64,000 nucleotides of DNA from Mantamonas sphyraenae STR306 (GCA_026936335.1 JAPMXV010000075.1:1-64000), one strand, 5' to 3'; positions 19,534 through 31,953 are shown, counted from the stretch's first letter. Numbers and translations: made by a program. The notes: a model not told the origin generated them from the letters alone.

Positions 19534-22500
19534 ATGAGCGTCAGCAGAGGAACAGTGAAAGCAGTGCCTTCGGGCGACACCCTTGTGGTCATGGGTAGTG
19601 CCAAGAAGGGCATTCCCACCGACTTGGAGATCACCATCAACAACATCACCGCCCCTCGTCTGGCACGTCGAGCCGGCCAGGACGACGAGGTACGTCATGT
19701 CCTCCCCATGGCCCCAATGCCATCCCCCCGCAACGTGCCAATCCTGTCTTGTTGCGCCGCCCCTGCATGCCACATGACTCCCGTCTGGCCGTAGAGGGCC
19801 CGTGCACGCGTGGAATCCGTTGACGCAAACTCCCCATGTCCCCTCCCGCTGACCCTTTCCGCCGCACACAGCCGTTTGCATGGCAGGCACGCGAGTTTCT
19901 GCGCAAGGCCTTGCTTGGTAAGGGTGTGGAGTTCAAGCTGGTGGGTGCTGGAGGCAACAACTCGCGCCGTTCGTACGCTGAAGTGCGTTTCAACGGTGTC
20001 GACGTGGCCACCAAGCTCGTCGCCAGCGGTTGGGCCCAGCCCAAGCGCAGCAAGAACAAGGACGACGCAGAGGATCCGCTTGCAATCGCTCTTGCTGCTG
20101 CTCAGGAGGCCAAGCTGGGCATGTGGGACACCAGCGTGTCCACAGCCAAGCAGGTACGTACACAGGGGCTCGCACATGCAGCTTTTCCCGTCACGATTCC
20201 CGGCTTCCGACCCCCCCCCACCTGCTGCTGCCGTGCTTTTTTCCCGTCCCCACCCGCTTCCCACGCGCGGTTCACACACCACTCACACGCTTTCCCGGAT
20301 CCCTTTCCCCCAATCACATTGCAGGTTCGCGATGTGGTGCACGACTTTGACGCACAAGCGTTCTGGGAGCAGCACTCGGGAAAGGCCTTGCAGGGCATCG
20401 TCGAGTACGTGCGCGACGGCTCCACGTATCGCCTTCTGGTGGGTCCGCTTGGAGGCAAGGTGGGCAAGGCAGACAAGTATTACTCCTTCCAGTTCTTCCT
20501 GGCAGGCACACAGTGTCCCACCATTCGTAGGGAACAGGTGTCCTCCTCCTCCTCCTCCTCCTCCTCCTCCTCTTCGTCCAACAGTGACGATTGGAAGACG
20601 GTGGCCGAGCCCTTTGCTGAGGAGGCTCGCTTTTACGTGGAGAAGCGTCTGCTGAACCGCAACGTGGACGTGTATGTGGAGGGTGTGGATCGCCGCGGCA
20701 ACCTCTTTGGCTCTGTGGTGCACCAGCAGGGAGGCAACATTGCCGAACATCTGCTGGAGGCTGGTTTGGCACGCACTGTCGATTGGTCGCTGACCCAGTC
20801 GGCGTTCAAGAGCGAGCTGCGCGCGGCAGAGAACGCTGCGCGTGACGCCAAGAAGCGTCTGTGGAAGGGGTATGTCAAGAAGCAGCGCACACTGGCCACG
20901 GAGCTGAGCGAGTTTACAGGAAAGGTGACGGAGATCATCAGCGGTGACTCGGTGGTGGTGCAGGACACCAACACGGGCGCCGAGCACAAGATCTACCTCT
21001 CGTCCATTCGCGCCCCGCGCATGGCCCGTGGTTCCAAGGGTTACAACGAAGACTATGCGTTTGAAGCCCGCGAGTTTGTGCGTCATCGCCTCATCGGCAA
21101 GAAGGTCAAGGTGCTGATTGACTACACAAAGACGCCCGACCCCAAGAAGCGCGGCAACGACGACGACGACAACGACAGTACCACCAGCGGGGACGACAGC
21201 AAGGACACCAAGCAAAGCAGCAGCAGCAGCAGCAGCAGCAGCGGCGGCAACAGCAACAAGAAGCCCGAGCCGATGCTGTTTGCGACGGTGATTGTCAACC
21301 AGGCCAACATTGCAGAGCAGCTGCTCAAGGCTGGCTATGCCAAGGTGCAGCACCACAAGCGTGAGGACGAGAACCGATCTGTGTTTTACGACCAACTGCT
21401 GGACGCAGAGGCAGACGCAGAGACCAAGAAGGTGGGTCTGCACAACGGCAAGATGGCACCCAAGCACCACTTCAACGACCTGTCGCGCAACAAGGTCAGC
21501 GCCAAGTCGATGTACAACTCGCTGGCTGCTGAGGGATCCATCAACGTGCTTGTGGAGTACGAGTTCAACGGCGCTCGCTACAAGGTGATGGACCCGAAGC
21601 AGGGCCTGCTGTTTATGTTTGTGCTGAGCGGCATCCGTGCACCGGCCACGGCCAAGAAGGGTAGCAAGGAGAAGGACGAGCCATGTGCGCAGGAGGCATT
21701 GGCTCTGGTGCGCTCGCAGCTGCACCAGCGCTACGTGGAGGTCGAGGTGGAGAACCAGGACAACTACGGCACGTTTATCGGCACCATGTTTGCCAACGGA
21801 CGCAACGTGGCCATCATGCTTCTGGAGAAGGGCTACGCGTCCATCCACGCACGCTCGGTGGAGTACTGCCGCTGGCGTGACGAGATGCTGGCCGCGGAGG
21901 AGCAGGCCAAGGCGCGTCGCATCGGCATGTGGGAGAACTACGTCGAGCCCAAGGAGGTGCCCACGCCCAAGGAGGCATCGGTGGACGCAGATGAAGCCGC
22001 TGCTTCCGCTGCAGGTGCTTCGTCGAGCAGCAGCGGCGGTCCCGAGGTGCTGGAGATGGAAATCATCGAACCGGTGGCAGGCAACCACTTCTTTGCCAAG
22101 CTGGTGGACGACTCGTGGAAGAAGCTGGAAGAGTCGATGGGCGAGCTGAGCAGGGAGGGTGCCGAGGTGGCCAAGGGAGTGCGCGAGGGACCCATCTACG
22201 TGGCCCGATTCACCCAGGACAACGAGTGGTACCGCTGCCGCGTGGTGGAGCTCATGCGTGACACCAACGAGGCGCGTGTGCTGTACGTGGATTATGGTAA
22301 CAACGAGGTGCTGCCTCTGGACGCCATCTACGAACCCAAGGAGGAGGAGCTGCGCAAGATGCCCGGTCTGGCTCAGGAGTGCTACCTGGCGTGGACCCTG
22401 GCACCCAGTGTGCAGAAGGACGACGACTGGGCCATCGAGTCTCTGGAGTATCTGGTCGAGTTGGCCATGGGACGCACCGTGACTGCAGCTGTGGAGTACC

Positions 22501-22757
22501 GCGTGCAGAACACCCTGTACGTCACCCTCTACGACGGCGACGACAACCTCAACGTCAAGATGGTCCAGGAGGGTTTGGCCTGGGTTCAGGAGCAGCAGCA
22601 GCGTGGAGGCAAGTCCCGCTCCTCCGGCAAGACACAGAACAACCCGCGCTTCAAGCTTCTCGAGGCTGCCCAGGACGAGGCCTCCTCTGCCCATCGCAAC
22701 CTGTGGGAGTTTGGCGAGTTCCGTCCCGAAGAGGCCAAGGAGTTTGGTGCCAAGTAA
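19534..22757 (+). CDS. SND1: Tudor staphylococcal nuclease (Tudor-SN)
   Basis: Starts RGTVKAVPSGDTLVV; repeated SNase domains (PFAWQAREFLRK, EPFAEEARFYVEKRLLNR, AFEAREFVRHRLIGKKV); Tudor cage FTQDNEWYR/YVDYGN; ends HRNLWEFGE. Introns 19690-19871 and 20154-20324. Confidence 0.95.
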
Positions 22758-22882
22758 GGGCACAACGGAGGGGAATGGGATGGAAAGGAAAATGCACGCT
22801 TGTTTTTGAGTTGCGCTCTTTTCTCTTCTTTCGAGCGTTCTTCAACAGGTCGTTGGGTCTGCATCACACAGACTCATTGCAC

Positions 22883-23893
22883 TCAGAGCAAGTCTTCGAT
22901 CATGTCCACCAGCATGACACCGGCAGGCAGGTCGACAAGCTCTGCGACAGCACCCGTTGAGATCTCAATGGACACCACCTTGGTGGGCGTCTTCAGATCG
23001 TACTCAAACTGGCCAATGAAGTGACCCGTCTTGGTCTGCAGGAAGGAGTCGGGCCCCACGTACTGCAGCAGGGCAGGCAGGGAATCGGAACCCACACGGG
23101 TCAGCTTGGCGTTGGTGGTGCTGATCTTGGCCAAATAGGCGGCGGGGAAGGCCCCGTCCTGAGGCGGCTGTGTGTCCTTGGTGCTTCCCACAGACTCGCT
23201 GCGATAAATGTCTGCGTTGGTCAGGGTGCGTGCCACGCCGTACAGGTCTCCGTTGGGGGCCACCTGGAAGTTGTACAGGATCTGCGGCGGGTTGATCTCC
23301 CCCAGCTTGGTCAGCTTGTTGGCCTTGATGTCAAACTTGAAGAGGGCAGGTCCCAGGTCAAAGTACAGAATGAGGTGCTTCTGGTCAAACGCACTCTTGC
23401 CCGTGGGGTACAGCGCAAAGGGCAGATCGTACAGCATCGCTTCCTTCCCTGTGCTCGGGTCCACCTGCACCACCTGCGACGTGTCGTTGTTGTACGGATC
23501 CTCACACAGTTGGTACACCATTCCTTCGGCCGCATGTGTGGCCCAGCAGTAGCGCGAGGGAATGCGTCCGGCGATGTACAGCTCTCGCGTGGATTCGTTC
23601 CGCTTGATGCTCAGCAGTTCGCCCATGGATGCCGTGTCCACCAGGTAGTTCGCAAAAAGCGTCTTTGTGGATGCATCCACACATCCGTCGTGGTCAAAGA
23701 TCCATCCGACGGCGCCCAGCTGCAACTGGACCTCAATGGCCCCTGTGCCCGGGTACACGAGACCCTCCACAGCCGTCCGGGACGTCATATTCAGGTACGA
23801 TGCCAAGAAAGGGACATTGTTTGTCTTTTGCGCCATGGCCATGGACGAGGTCAAGGCCAGCACCAGCAACAGGCAGCACAGAGTGGTTTTCAT
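22883..23893 (-). CDS. Secreted hypothetical protein, probably a beta-propeller
   Basis: 336-aa ATG ORF with signal peptide MKTTLCCLLLVLALTSSMAMA and beta-strand/turn repeats (VQVDPSTGK, FKFDIKANK, VSIEISTGA). Confidence 0.7.
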   Translation of the reverse strand: MKTTLCCLLLVLALTSSMAMAQKTNNVPFLASYLNMTSRTAVEGLVYPGTGAIEVQLQLGAVGWIFDHDGCVDASTKTLFANYLVDTASMGELLSIKRNESTRELYIAGRIPSRYCWATHAAEGMVYQLCEDPYNNDTSQVVQVDPSTGKEAMLYDLPFALYPTGKSAFDQKHLILYFDLGPALFKFDIKANKLTKLGEINPPQILYNFQVAPNGDLYGVARTLTNADIYRSESVGSTKDTQPPQDGAFPAAYLAKISTTNAKLTRVGSDSLPALLQYVGPDSFLQTKTGHFIGQFEYDLKTPTKVVSIEISTGAVAELVDLPAGVMLVDMIEDLL

Positions 23894-24075
23894 GCCTTGA
23901 GTGAGCGAAAGGTGGGTTCTCGTGGTCAGCTATGCGTGGTGGCACAGCCGCAAGTACAGCAGGCGGAGAAGGACATCCCAAGTGTCATTTGTCTCTTGTG
24001 TGTGTGTTTGGTGTGCTTCGTGTGGGTGTGGGTGCATGGACCCTTGCACAGGGACACCCAGCGCAATCCACAGAG

Positions 24076-25848
24076 ATGTCGTCGTCGTCGTCGTCGTTGC
24101 TGGCAGGTGGGAACAGCAGCACAACCACAACCACAACCACAACCACGGTGTCGAGTGGCCATGGTGATCCAAGCCATACCATCACTCCTGAACAGCGACA
24201 AAAGGCGCAGGCGTACCTGGACACCCGTCGTCATCAGGAAGCCGTGGCTGCGCGTGTGTTTGATGCTCAACAACTGCTCATCACCCCGCATCCGGTGGCC
24301 ATGGACCTTATGGACGATTGCGTAGGTTGGCCCTTTGTGCTGTGTGGCATCTTTCAGGCGGAATGTGAATGTCGTCTCGAGACCCACTGACGCTTCGGGT
24401 GCGTGTTTCCGTCTGCCGCGCACGGAGCACAGAGACGGCTGTTGACGCCCAGTCTGTATGAGGATGTGGTGCAAGAGCGTGCGGAATCACAACTGTGTGG
24501 ATGGCCGTTGTGTGGCAATGAGATCGACGAATTGGTGCGGACAAAGCGGATGCACATCGACTGGGCCAAGCGGACCATCGAAGACACCGCCGAACGGCAA
24601 TGCTACTGCAGCCGGGAACACATGGACGCGTCCAAACACTACGCAAGCTCACTCTCTGAGGATGCAGTGCATCTGCGAGCAGAGAGCACACTGTATGCAG
24701 CAGGGCAAGGGCGAGATGGAAAGGATGGATCCAAATCAGGCCAGCAGCAGCAGCAGCAGCAGCAGCACGCACTGGACAATCGCACGATGAAGGTGAGCAT
24801 TGTGGAAGCCATGCCGAAGCAGACAAAGAGCAGCGCACGGGCACCCAGCAAGGACACAACCAATGCATTGGCACCAGGCAGCATCGAAGGGTACGAGTTG
24901 GGAACTGGGGCAGTGGCAAGACCCAAGGCACACACAGAGGATGAGGAGGAGGAAGGTGGGAAGGGAAAGGGCAAGGAAGAAGTGGAGAAGGTGGAGGTGG
25001 AGGAGGAGGAGGATGCACGTGCAGTCATGGAAAGTCTGGGATTTGCAGTGGGAAGCAAGGATGACCCATGGTACGGGGATGAGTGGGAGGAGGATGACGA
25101 AGAGGAGGAAGAGGAAGACGATGGAGACGATGGGGATATGGGGGGACTCATCAGCAATGATGGGCAGGGTGGATGGAGCATGCCGAAACTCACGGGAAGC
25201 AATCAACTATGGGCCTTCCTCAGCATGGCTGGCACGGAGAGGACCAGCAATTTGGTGATGCAGGCACGCAAGGGGAACAAACAAGACAGGGAATCTGCAA
25301 CGGAGGCGTCGTCATCCAGCACCACAATGACAGAGGAGGAGGAGGAGGAGGGGGAGGAGCTACAGCAGCAGAAGGAGCAGAAGCAGCAGCTGGTGACAGA
25401 ACGAGGACTGGCACCAGAGGACGACGTTGACTTTTTGTTTGCAGAGATGCAACGTGCAGAATGGTTGACCAACACGAGCGCATGGCGAGCGCAGGAGGGA
25501 TTGGCAGAGGAGATGGATTGCCAGCTTGTGGTGGCACCCACCAAGGAGCGTGGTGACAGGGAACGAGTGCTCAAGTCCCATCTTCAGGCACCCATCAAAG
25601 ACGTGTGCCAACGCGTGGGACTGTCCCTCACAGAGGTGCAGGAGGCTGTGTGGCCTCTGCTGGCTACCTTGCGTCTCCACACACGCATCCCTAGTCTCGG
25701 CCACCATGGCTGGCGTACCATGGCCCTTGTGCTCGTGTGGGCCACTCTTTCCACACAGGTGGACCCACAACGATGGCAAAGGTTATTGTCCCGCTGGGAA
25801 TGTGCCCAAGACGAGCTCGACGGCCTTGTCGATGCCATGTGTGCGTAG
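24076..25848 (+). CDS. RPAP2: RNA polymerase II CTD phosphatase RPAP2/Rtr1 homologue
   Basis: LTPSLYEDVVQERAESQLCGWPLCGN...YCSREH zinc-finger motif; phase-0 intron 24322-24432. Confidence 0.85.
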
Positions 25849-25881
25849 GCTCACCCATTGAATCAATCCTATTTCGTCACA

Positions 25882-26611
25882 ATGAGCGGTTCCATGGTAT
25901 GTGTCCTGTCCCGCCTTCCCTTTGCTTGCATCGGCACCTGCGCCCTCGCCCGACCCGCTGATCAGCTGGCAACGAATATGTGCGAAACGGCTGCCTGCAC
26001 GCGGGCCCCGTGCAAGGCATGGAGGTGTGCAGCACGCACAGAACCAACACGAGAGCGTGTGATGCGTCGGCCAGTGGGACGGTGGGATGTCATGGGGCGA
26101 TGTGTGCACCCATGTGGCTGTGCAGGACTCGGAACTGACGTTTTTGGCGCGCTGGTCGAACCCCTCTCACACTCCACCCCTCTGCTTTCCTGCCGTCGAC
26201 GCGGGTGGCCGGACAAATGGTGTACAGCTGAACAGGGAGGAGGAAATCGAGGTGGAAGTCACTTTGGATGACCAACGGGACATCAACGAGTTTAACCGCA
26301 CAAACGCCAAGCTGCAGGAGCTGACGGAGGACCTGCAGACCGTGCGGGACAAAATCGAGGCTCTGGAGGAGGCTGAGGACGAAACAATGCTGGCTGGTGA
26401 GAGCAACTACCTGTACAAGATTGGGGACACCTTTGTGGACATGAGTGACGATTCCGTGGAAGAGACACTGGCCGAGGCAAAGGCAAAGTGTGAAGAAGAG
26501 GCCGATGCCCTTCAGGAGCAAGTGGACACCCTCCAGAGCAAGTTGGATGCTCTCAAGAGCAAGCTGTACCTCAAGTTTAAGCACACCATCAATTTGGACG
26601 AGCACGCATGA
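25882..26611 (+). CDS. PFDN4: Prefoldin subunit 4
   Basis: EVTLDDQRDINEFNRTN...YKIGDTFV...LKSKLYLKFKHTINLD; intron 25897-26227 (GTATGT...TACAG). Confidence 0.92.
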
Positions 26612-27042
26612 GTGGGGACACATGAGAAGGGGGGGGGATTTTGGGGATGGGGATGGGGAAGCAAGAAACTCAGACTGCAGGGAAATCATGCCACAAATGG
26701 ATCAGACGGAAGATACCAAGCATCAAAGCCACTGTGCACTGTCCTCATGTTGCGTTGTGTTTGGGAAGTTCCTATGGGGTGAACAAAGTGTTTGCAAAGC
26801 CTCATGCCACTCTCTGTGCCTGACTCTTTGCATCGAAAAGGATTCTCACAGAACCGAGTGTGAGGGCACACACCCAGAGTCGTGGATGCTTCATCCTGGT
26901 CGTCTACAGCACACGTGCACGCCGAGAGTGTGTCGCACTTGTTCACTCCTCCGTTGCATGCACTCAGCTTGGTCTCTGTGTACACCAGTGCACAGGGCGA
27001 TTGCCAAGATGCATATCAAACGCCGATGATTGTCAAAATCAC

Positions 27043-27441
27043 ATGCACAGTCCCATGGAGCTGGCCAAGGCAGCCTACCGTCAACTCACGTCTGGCCACC
27101 GTTCCACACGATGTCGAGTGCTTACACTGTGGTTCCTTTGCCTGTGGATGCCCCAGCATACGTTCCATACATTCAGTGTCCTCACTCACCCCCTACACTT
27201 CTCCCTCTGGCCACACTCGTCACCTTGTCTCCGGACGACATATCCAATGTCCGTGGAAGTTTTCCTTTGCACCTCCGAAAACTTCCACATGCCATTCTCA
27301 CCCAGGGCACCCTATCCCATGTCCCCAGCATGCCATCCCATCGTATGTACGCTAATGAACCACATCGTCGACTTCCATACGCTGAAAGTGTCTGTGAACG
27401 ACGTGCGCCTAGAAAACAACCAGGACAACCCTCGTCTTTAG
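27043..27441 (+). pseudogene. Possible degenerate/truncated third cyclin paralogue (N-terminal region only)
   Basis: MELAKAA matches the N-terminus of the 30459 cyclin at DNA level; SVEVFLCTSE..PYPMS resembles DFESFLMQSPE..EFPAS; NHIVD resembles NHIID. Stops before the cyclin box. Confidence 0.4.
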
Positions 27442-27802
27442 AGCCCCTTCCACACTGCATACCAACACCATTTCACCCACAACTCCCTCACAGCACACCC
27501 ACACTCTACTTCCGTCGTTCACCGTCTTTGCACTGCAAGCAGACACCCCATCATTGCCCACGGACAAGCCGTTCACACCTACTCGTTTGTCGCCGACTGG
27601 CTTTCCGACAACGTCTTGGCCTCGGCTACAGAGGTCCTCCCACCTCCTCATCGCTTCGTATACCCATCTCTTCCACCCTGGACAATGCTACTGTGCATGT
27701 GCATGCGCTTTCCTCGTGTTTGCAGCAGCCTTTACAAGGGCCCGGGCTCTCGAGCGCCGTCGAAACCAAAAAAAACGGTGGAAAAGTCGGGCAGAACAGT
27801 GA

Positions 27803-29077
27803 ATGATGAGCAACACAGAGAGGAATACATGCGCCAAGGGGTCCTACGCACAGGCCATGGACACCCTCAAGGCAGAAATGGACATGAATGAGCCTGTACC
27901 GGGATATCTGAACGGAAACGAAAGCTTCGAAAGCTTCCTTGCGCGTCCATGGAAGGACTTTGGCTGGCGAACATCAGGAGCAAGCGAGTTTCCGCAGGTA
28001 TGGCAGGCACCAGAGGGTGACGAGACACCTCTGGTGTTGGAGAAGTACATGGACACAAACCATATCATCGATGCGCTGGTGGGATACTTTGATGTGCTGG
28101 TGCAGAGGAACAAGAGCCACCTGGATGCAAACGGGGCAGTGCAGAGCAGCAGGGGGAGAGATGGGGAGGGGACACAGGTGTATGGATGTGTGGAGGAACA
28201 GGATGCACACCTGTTTGAACTGAAGTGTGAACCTGGGGAGACGGTGGATGTGAGGGACTACCTGAAACGGTTGAGGAAGTACTCGCGTGTGAGCAGGGTG
28301 GTGTACTACCTGGCAGTGGTGTATGTGGAGCGGTTTGTGGAACACACGGAACTGGTGGTGAACGAGACAAACGCACACAAGCTGTTGCTGGCGGCGTTTG
28401 TGGTGGCCATCAAGTACTGCGAGGACAGGACACAGAACAACGAGTTCTACAGTCGGGTGGGCGGGATCACGCTGACGGATATGAACAAGCTGGAGAAGTT
28501 GTTTCTGCAGTACGTGGGGTTTGATCTGTATGTGGAACCAGAGGAACTGTACAGGGTGGCGCTGATGTTGGACAATTATCAGGCGATGGTGAACATGCCA
28601 GAGGGGCTGGCATATGTCAAGCGTGTGGTGATGGAGAAGATGGAGGCGGAGGAGGATGGGGAGGTGAAGACGATGTCGGAAAGCAGCAGGAGTCGAAGCA
28701 GCAGCAGCGGGGGAATGGGCGAATTGTTTGCGTTTGATGAGGACGACTATGCGTTGATGATGAAACAACGGGGAGTGGATGAGGAGGATGAGGGAGCAAG
28801 TGTGGGTGACGAATGTGGGATGGATGGTGGCATGCAGGTGATGATGGAAGACGACACGCCCGAGGGATCTGTGTATGGAAGCGATGGGGAAGGAGAAGAG
28901 GAAGAGGAGGATGGGGTGGATGAGGTGGAATTTGTACAGGACGAAGAGGAGGAAGGCCAAAGGATGAGTGGGAAGAAGCAGGACGGAGTGGGGGAGACAC
29001 GGGGTCGGAGGAAGCGTGAGCGGGGAATGAGCTTGCGGGAACAGCTACTGGGGATGTTTTCCAGCAGACATGGGTGA
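27803..29077 (+). CDS. Cyclin, PHO80/P-U type, paralogue 1
   Basis: Cyclin box DYLKRLRKYSRVS...YLAVVYVERF...NAHKLLLAAFVVAIKYCED...NEFYSRVGGITLTDMNKLEKLFLQYVGFDLYV; acidic C-terminus. Start may be ATG 27857. Confidence 0.9.
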   Translation: MMSNTERNTCAKGSYAQAMDTLKAEMDMNEPVPGYLNGNESFESFLARPWKDFGWRTSGASEFPQVWQAPEGDETPLVLEKYMDTNHIIDALVGYFDVLVQRNKSHLDANGAVQSSRGRDGEGTQVYGCVEEQDAHLFELKCEPGETVDVRDYLKRLRKYSRVSRVVYYLAVVYVERFVEHTELVVNETNAHKLLLAAFVVAIKYCEDRTQNNEFYSRVGGITLTDMNKLEKLFLQYVGFDLYVEPEELYRVALMLDNYQAMVNMPEGLAYVKRVVMEKMEAEEDGEVKTMSESSRSRSSSSGGMGELFAFDEDDYALMMKQRGVDEEDEGASVGDECGMDGGMQVMMEDDTPEGSVYGSDGEGEEEEEDGVDEVEFVQDEEEEGQRMSGKKQDGVGETRGRRKRERGMSLREQLLGMFSSRHG

Positions 29078-30458
29078 AGGACAGGAGGGTACAAGCGTGT
29101 GAACGCAGAGAGAGTATAGGGTGCATGTATTGCACGGTGCAGGGCATAGGAGGCAGTGTGGAATGCATACTTGGGCCAGTGCACGTTTTCACAGAGAATG
29201 AATTTTGTGTAAGCCGGAAGAAGGATTTTTGTGAGGTGGATGATGATGTGTGGTGTGAGGCTTGCATATTGCACAGTGTGGTTGTGTGTGGTTGTGTGTG
29301 AGCACGTGTGTGTGTGTGGGTGTATGTGTGTGGTTTGCAAGACAATGGGGGAGAAGAAGAGTGGGCATCGGCAAGAAACAAACGTGTCACTTTGTGGTGG
29401 ACTTTGGGATGGAATGGAATGCATTGCGGGAGACCCCGGATGGAATGGAAGTGAGGTGGGAGTCACGGGGGGGATGGGGAACAAGGGACACGGAGCAGAC
29501 ATGGGTCCATGTTGCTGTTCCGGTGGTGGGCAATGTGGGTGAGTGAACATGACACCAGTTGCACACACAGTGTCCCCACACTCCCTTCTGATCCCATGGT
29601 CCCTCCTCTGCCGCTCTGCATGTCCTGAACACCCGTGTGGGGCCTGAACACACGTCCGTTGAGGGCAGTTGCTCAGCTCGGAGGCGAACTAAATGTGCCG
29701 ACGAAACTCTCCGCGGTTGTCACTCTTCAAAGAACACCCCCCACCACGCACACACAGTTGCACACACACTTCGTCTGCACACACGTCCAGTGTACCTCCA
29801 TCACCACCCCACTCTGGCTCCCGAGTCTGGGGATACCTGTGGCAGACATGCGCAGACACATGGAAGGGTGTGCTGCACGGCTGCAGCTCCGTCGTGGAAG
29901 GACACTGCACACAGCCTTGGTATCATGCACATGCACCTCGTCACAGACCCACCATGCCACGTGTGTGACCCCCACTCCATCTGTGACGTCACCCCAAGTG
30001 TCCACGTCACCGGTGACACCGTGCTTTCCCGCTGGGAACTCCTCGTCTTTCCACCTATCAAGTCAACACACACACACTTTCTCAAGCACACGCAAGGATT
30101 GACCCACACCACTGCATTCATCGACCACCGTGGATGCATGTGCCCTTGTCCATGGGCCGAGTCTCCGGACATGGGTCGGTGCGTTTTCCCCAGCTTTCCC
30201 GACCATTCTGGGTCCGGGGAGAAACCTGCCTCGAGAGCAACCCTGCCAACCCCGACCCATCCCCCGCTCACACAGACCACCACACACCCACACATGCCTT
30301 GCACACACTCCATTCCGTCCCATGGTGACATAACGGCCGTCCACGCTTTTTCTCTTGGGCACCCTTCAAATACCCGCGGAACCCCGTGCGCGCCCCGGCC
30401 CAAGAAATATCCGCCAAAGTTGCGAAGAACGGACGAGAAACACACAGTGAGAAAAATC

Positions 30459-31712
30459 ATGGACTACAGGAATACACAGAGTATGGAGCTTGCCAAGGCG
30501 GCTCTGGACAACAAGGAGAATGGCGAATGGTGGCTGGGTGACGACGCAGACTTTGAGTCGTTCCTGATGCAGTCGCCCGAGCGGGTGTCGTGGGAAATGG
30601 ACCGGGAATCGGAGTTTCCGGCGAGCTGGGAGGCGACGGAGGGAACGGGCACACCACTTGCCCTGGAGCATTTTATGGACACGGAACATGTGATTGATGG
30701 CATGGTGGGATACTTTGACGTGCTGGTGAGGACCAACAAGGAACGGGAAGTGCGTGAGCTGCAGTCGAGGCTGCTGCATAGCCATGGTCAACCAAGGACG
30801 GGAGTGGTTGGTTGGAAGTATGGAAACATGGATGAGGAGGACGCACGCGCCTTTGAACTGAGGTGTGCTCCGAGTGAGACGGTGGAGGTGCGTTCGTACC
30901 TGCGTCGTTTGCGAAAATACGCACGTGTCAGTCGGGTGGTGTACTACGTGTGCTTGGCGTATGTGGAACGGTTTGTGGCACGCACGGGACTGGTGGTGAA
31001 CGAGCTGAATGCGCACAAGCTGCTCCTGGCAGCGTTTGTGGTGGCGATCAAGTTCTGCGAAGATCGAGTGCAGACGAACGAGTACTACAGCCGCGTGGGA
31101 GGCATCCACGCAAAGGACATGAACAGGCTGGAGCAGTTGTTTCTGCAGTACGTGGGATTTGACCTGTATGTGGATGGCAAGGAACTGTACCGAGTGGCAC
31201 TGCTGGTTGACAACTACCAGGCGATGGTGAACATGCCGGAGGGCCTGGAGTATGTGAAGGAGCTTGTGATGGAGATGGCAGAGGCAGAGGCAGAGGAGGA
31301 GGAGAGGATGAGCAGTGGCAGCAGCAGCAGCAGCATGAGCATGAACAGTGCAAAGGGCAAGGGTGGAATGAGGCATGTGTTTGAGTTTGATGAGGACGAC
31401 TATGCGCTGATGAAGAGGGATGCACTGAGTGGAAGTTCACGAGTGTTTGCGGTGGGTGCAGAGGAAGGGGAGCACATGATGGTGCTGGAGGAGGAGGAAT
31501 CGACGGAGAGCGTGTATGGCAGCGACGACGAAGAGAGTGTGGTGGATGCGGAGGACATTGAGTATGTGGAGAAGAAGGGGTATGTGAGTGGGGTGGAGGT
31601 GGAGGATGCACACGGGATGGAGGAAGAGCAGGAGGAGGACCGGGTGGTGGAGAAGCGCGGAAGGAGTCGCAGCTTTCGGGAGCAGCTGCTGGGATTGTTT
31701 AGCATGGGATAA
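30459..31712 (+). CDS. Cyclin, PHO80/P-U type, paralogue 2
   Basis: Same cyclin box (SYLRRLRKYARVS...NAHKLLLAAFVVAIKFCED...YYSRVGGI) and shared C-terminal S(L/F)REQLLG(M/L)FS. Confidence 0.9.
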   Translation: MDYRNTQSMELAKAALDNKENGEWWLGDDADFESFLMQSPERVSWEMDRESEFPASWEATEGTGTPLALEHFMDTEHVIDGMVGYFDVLVRTNKEREVRELQSRLLHSHGQPRTGVVGWKYGNMDEEDARAFELRCAPSETVEVRSYLRRLRKYARVSRVVYYVCLAYVERFVARTGLVVNELNAHKLLLAAFVVAIKFCEDRVQTNEYYSRVGGIHAKDMNRLEQLFLQYVGFDLYVDGKELYRVALLVDNYQAMVNMPEGLEYVKELVMEMAEAEAEEEERMSSGSSSSSMSMNSAKGKGGMRHVFEFDEDDYALMKRDALSGSSRVFAVGAEEGEHMMVLEEEESTESVYGSDDEESVVDAEDIEYVEKKGYVSGVEVEDAHGMEEEQEEDRVVEKRGRSRSFREQLLGLFSMG

Positions 31713-31953
31713 GGTGGATGGGGGATACCATTGTGGCAGGGAGGAGAGATGGGTCGACACACACACACACACACCAATGCTACCTTTGTCATTTATTGTC
31801 ACTGAACGATTTTTCCAACTTGCTTCTTCACAGCTCTTGCCACAAACCCCACCCATACACACCCTACCCTTCCCCGTTCATATCTCGTCCCCACCAGCCT
31901 TGCTGTCTCCATCCTGGCAGCCATCCCATCCACACCCAACACAACAATCTGCG

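Noticed and set aside
20283-22763. 826-aa antisense ORF, and similar ones at 8887-10875, 2364-3881, 15587-17278, 36367-38079 and 51003-52730
   Set aside because: They mirror real genes on the opposite strand; GC-rich codon bias depletes antisense stops, and the translations have no recognisable motifs.
29637-30458. 274-aa N-terminal extension of cyclin paralogue 2
   Set aside because: Non-ATG start, H/T/P-rich translation of CA-rich DNA, and no counterpart in paralogue 1.
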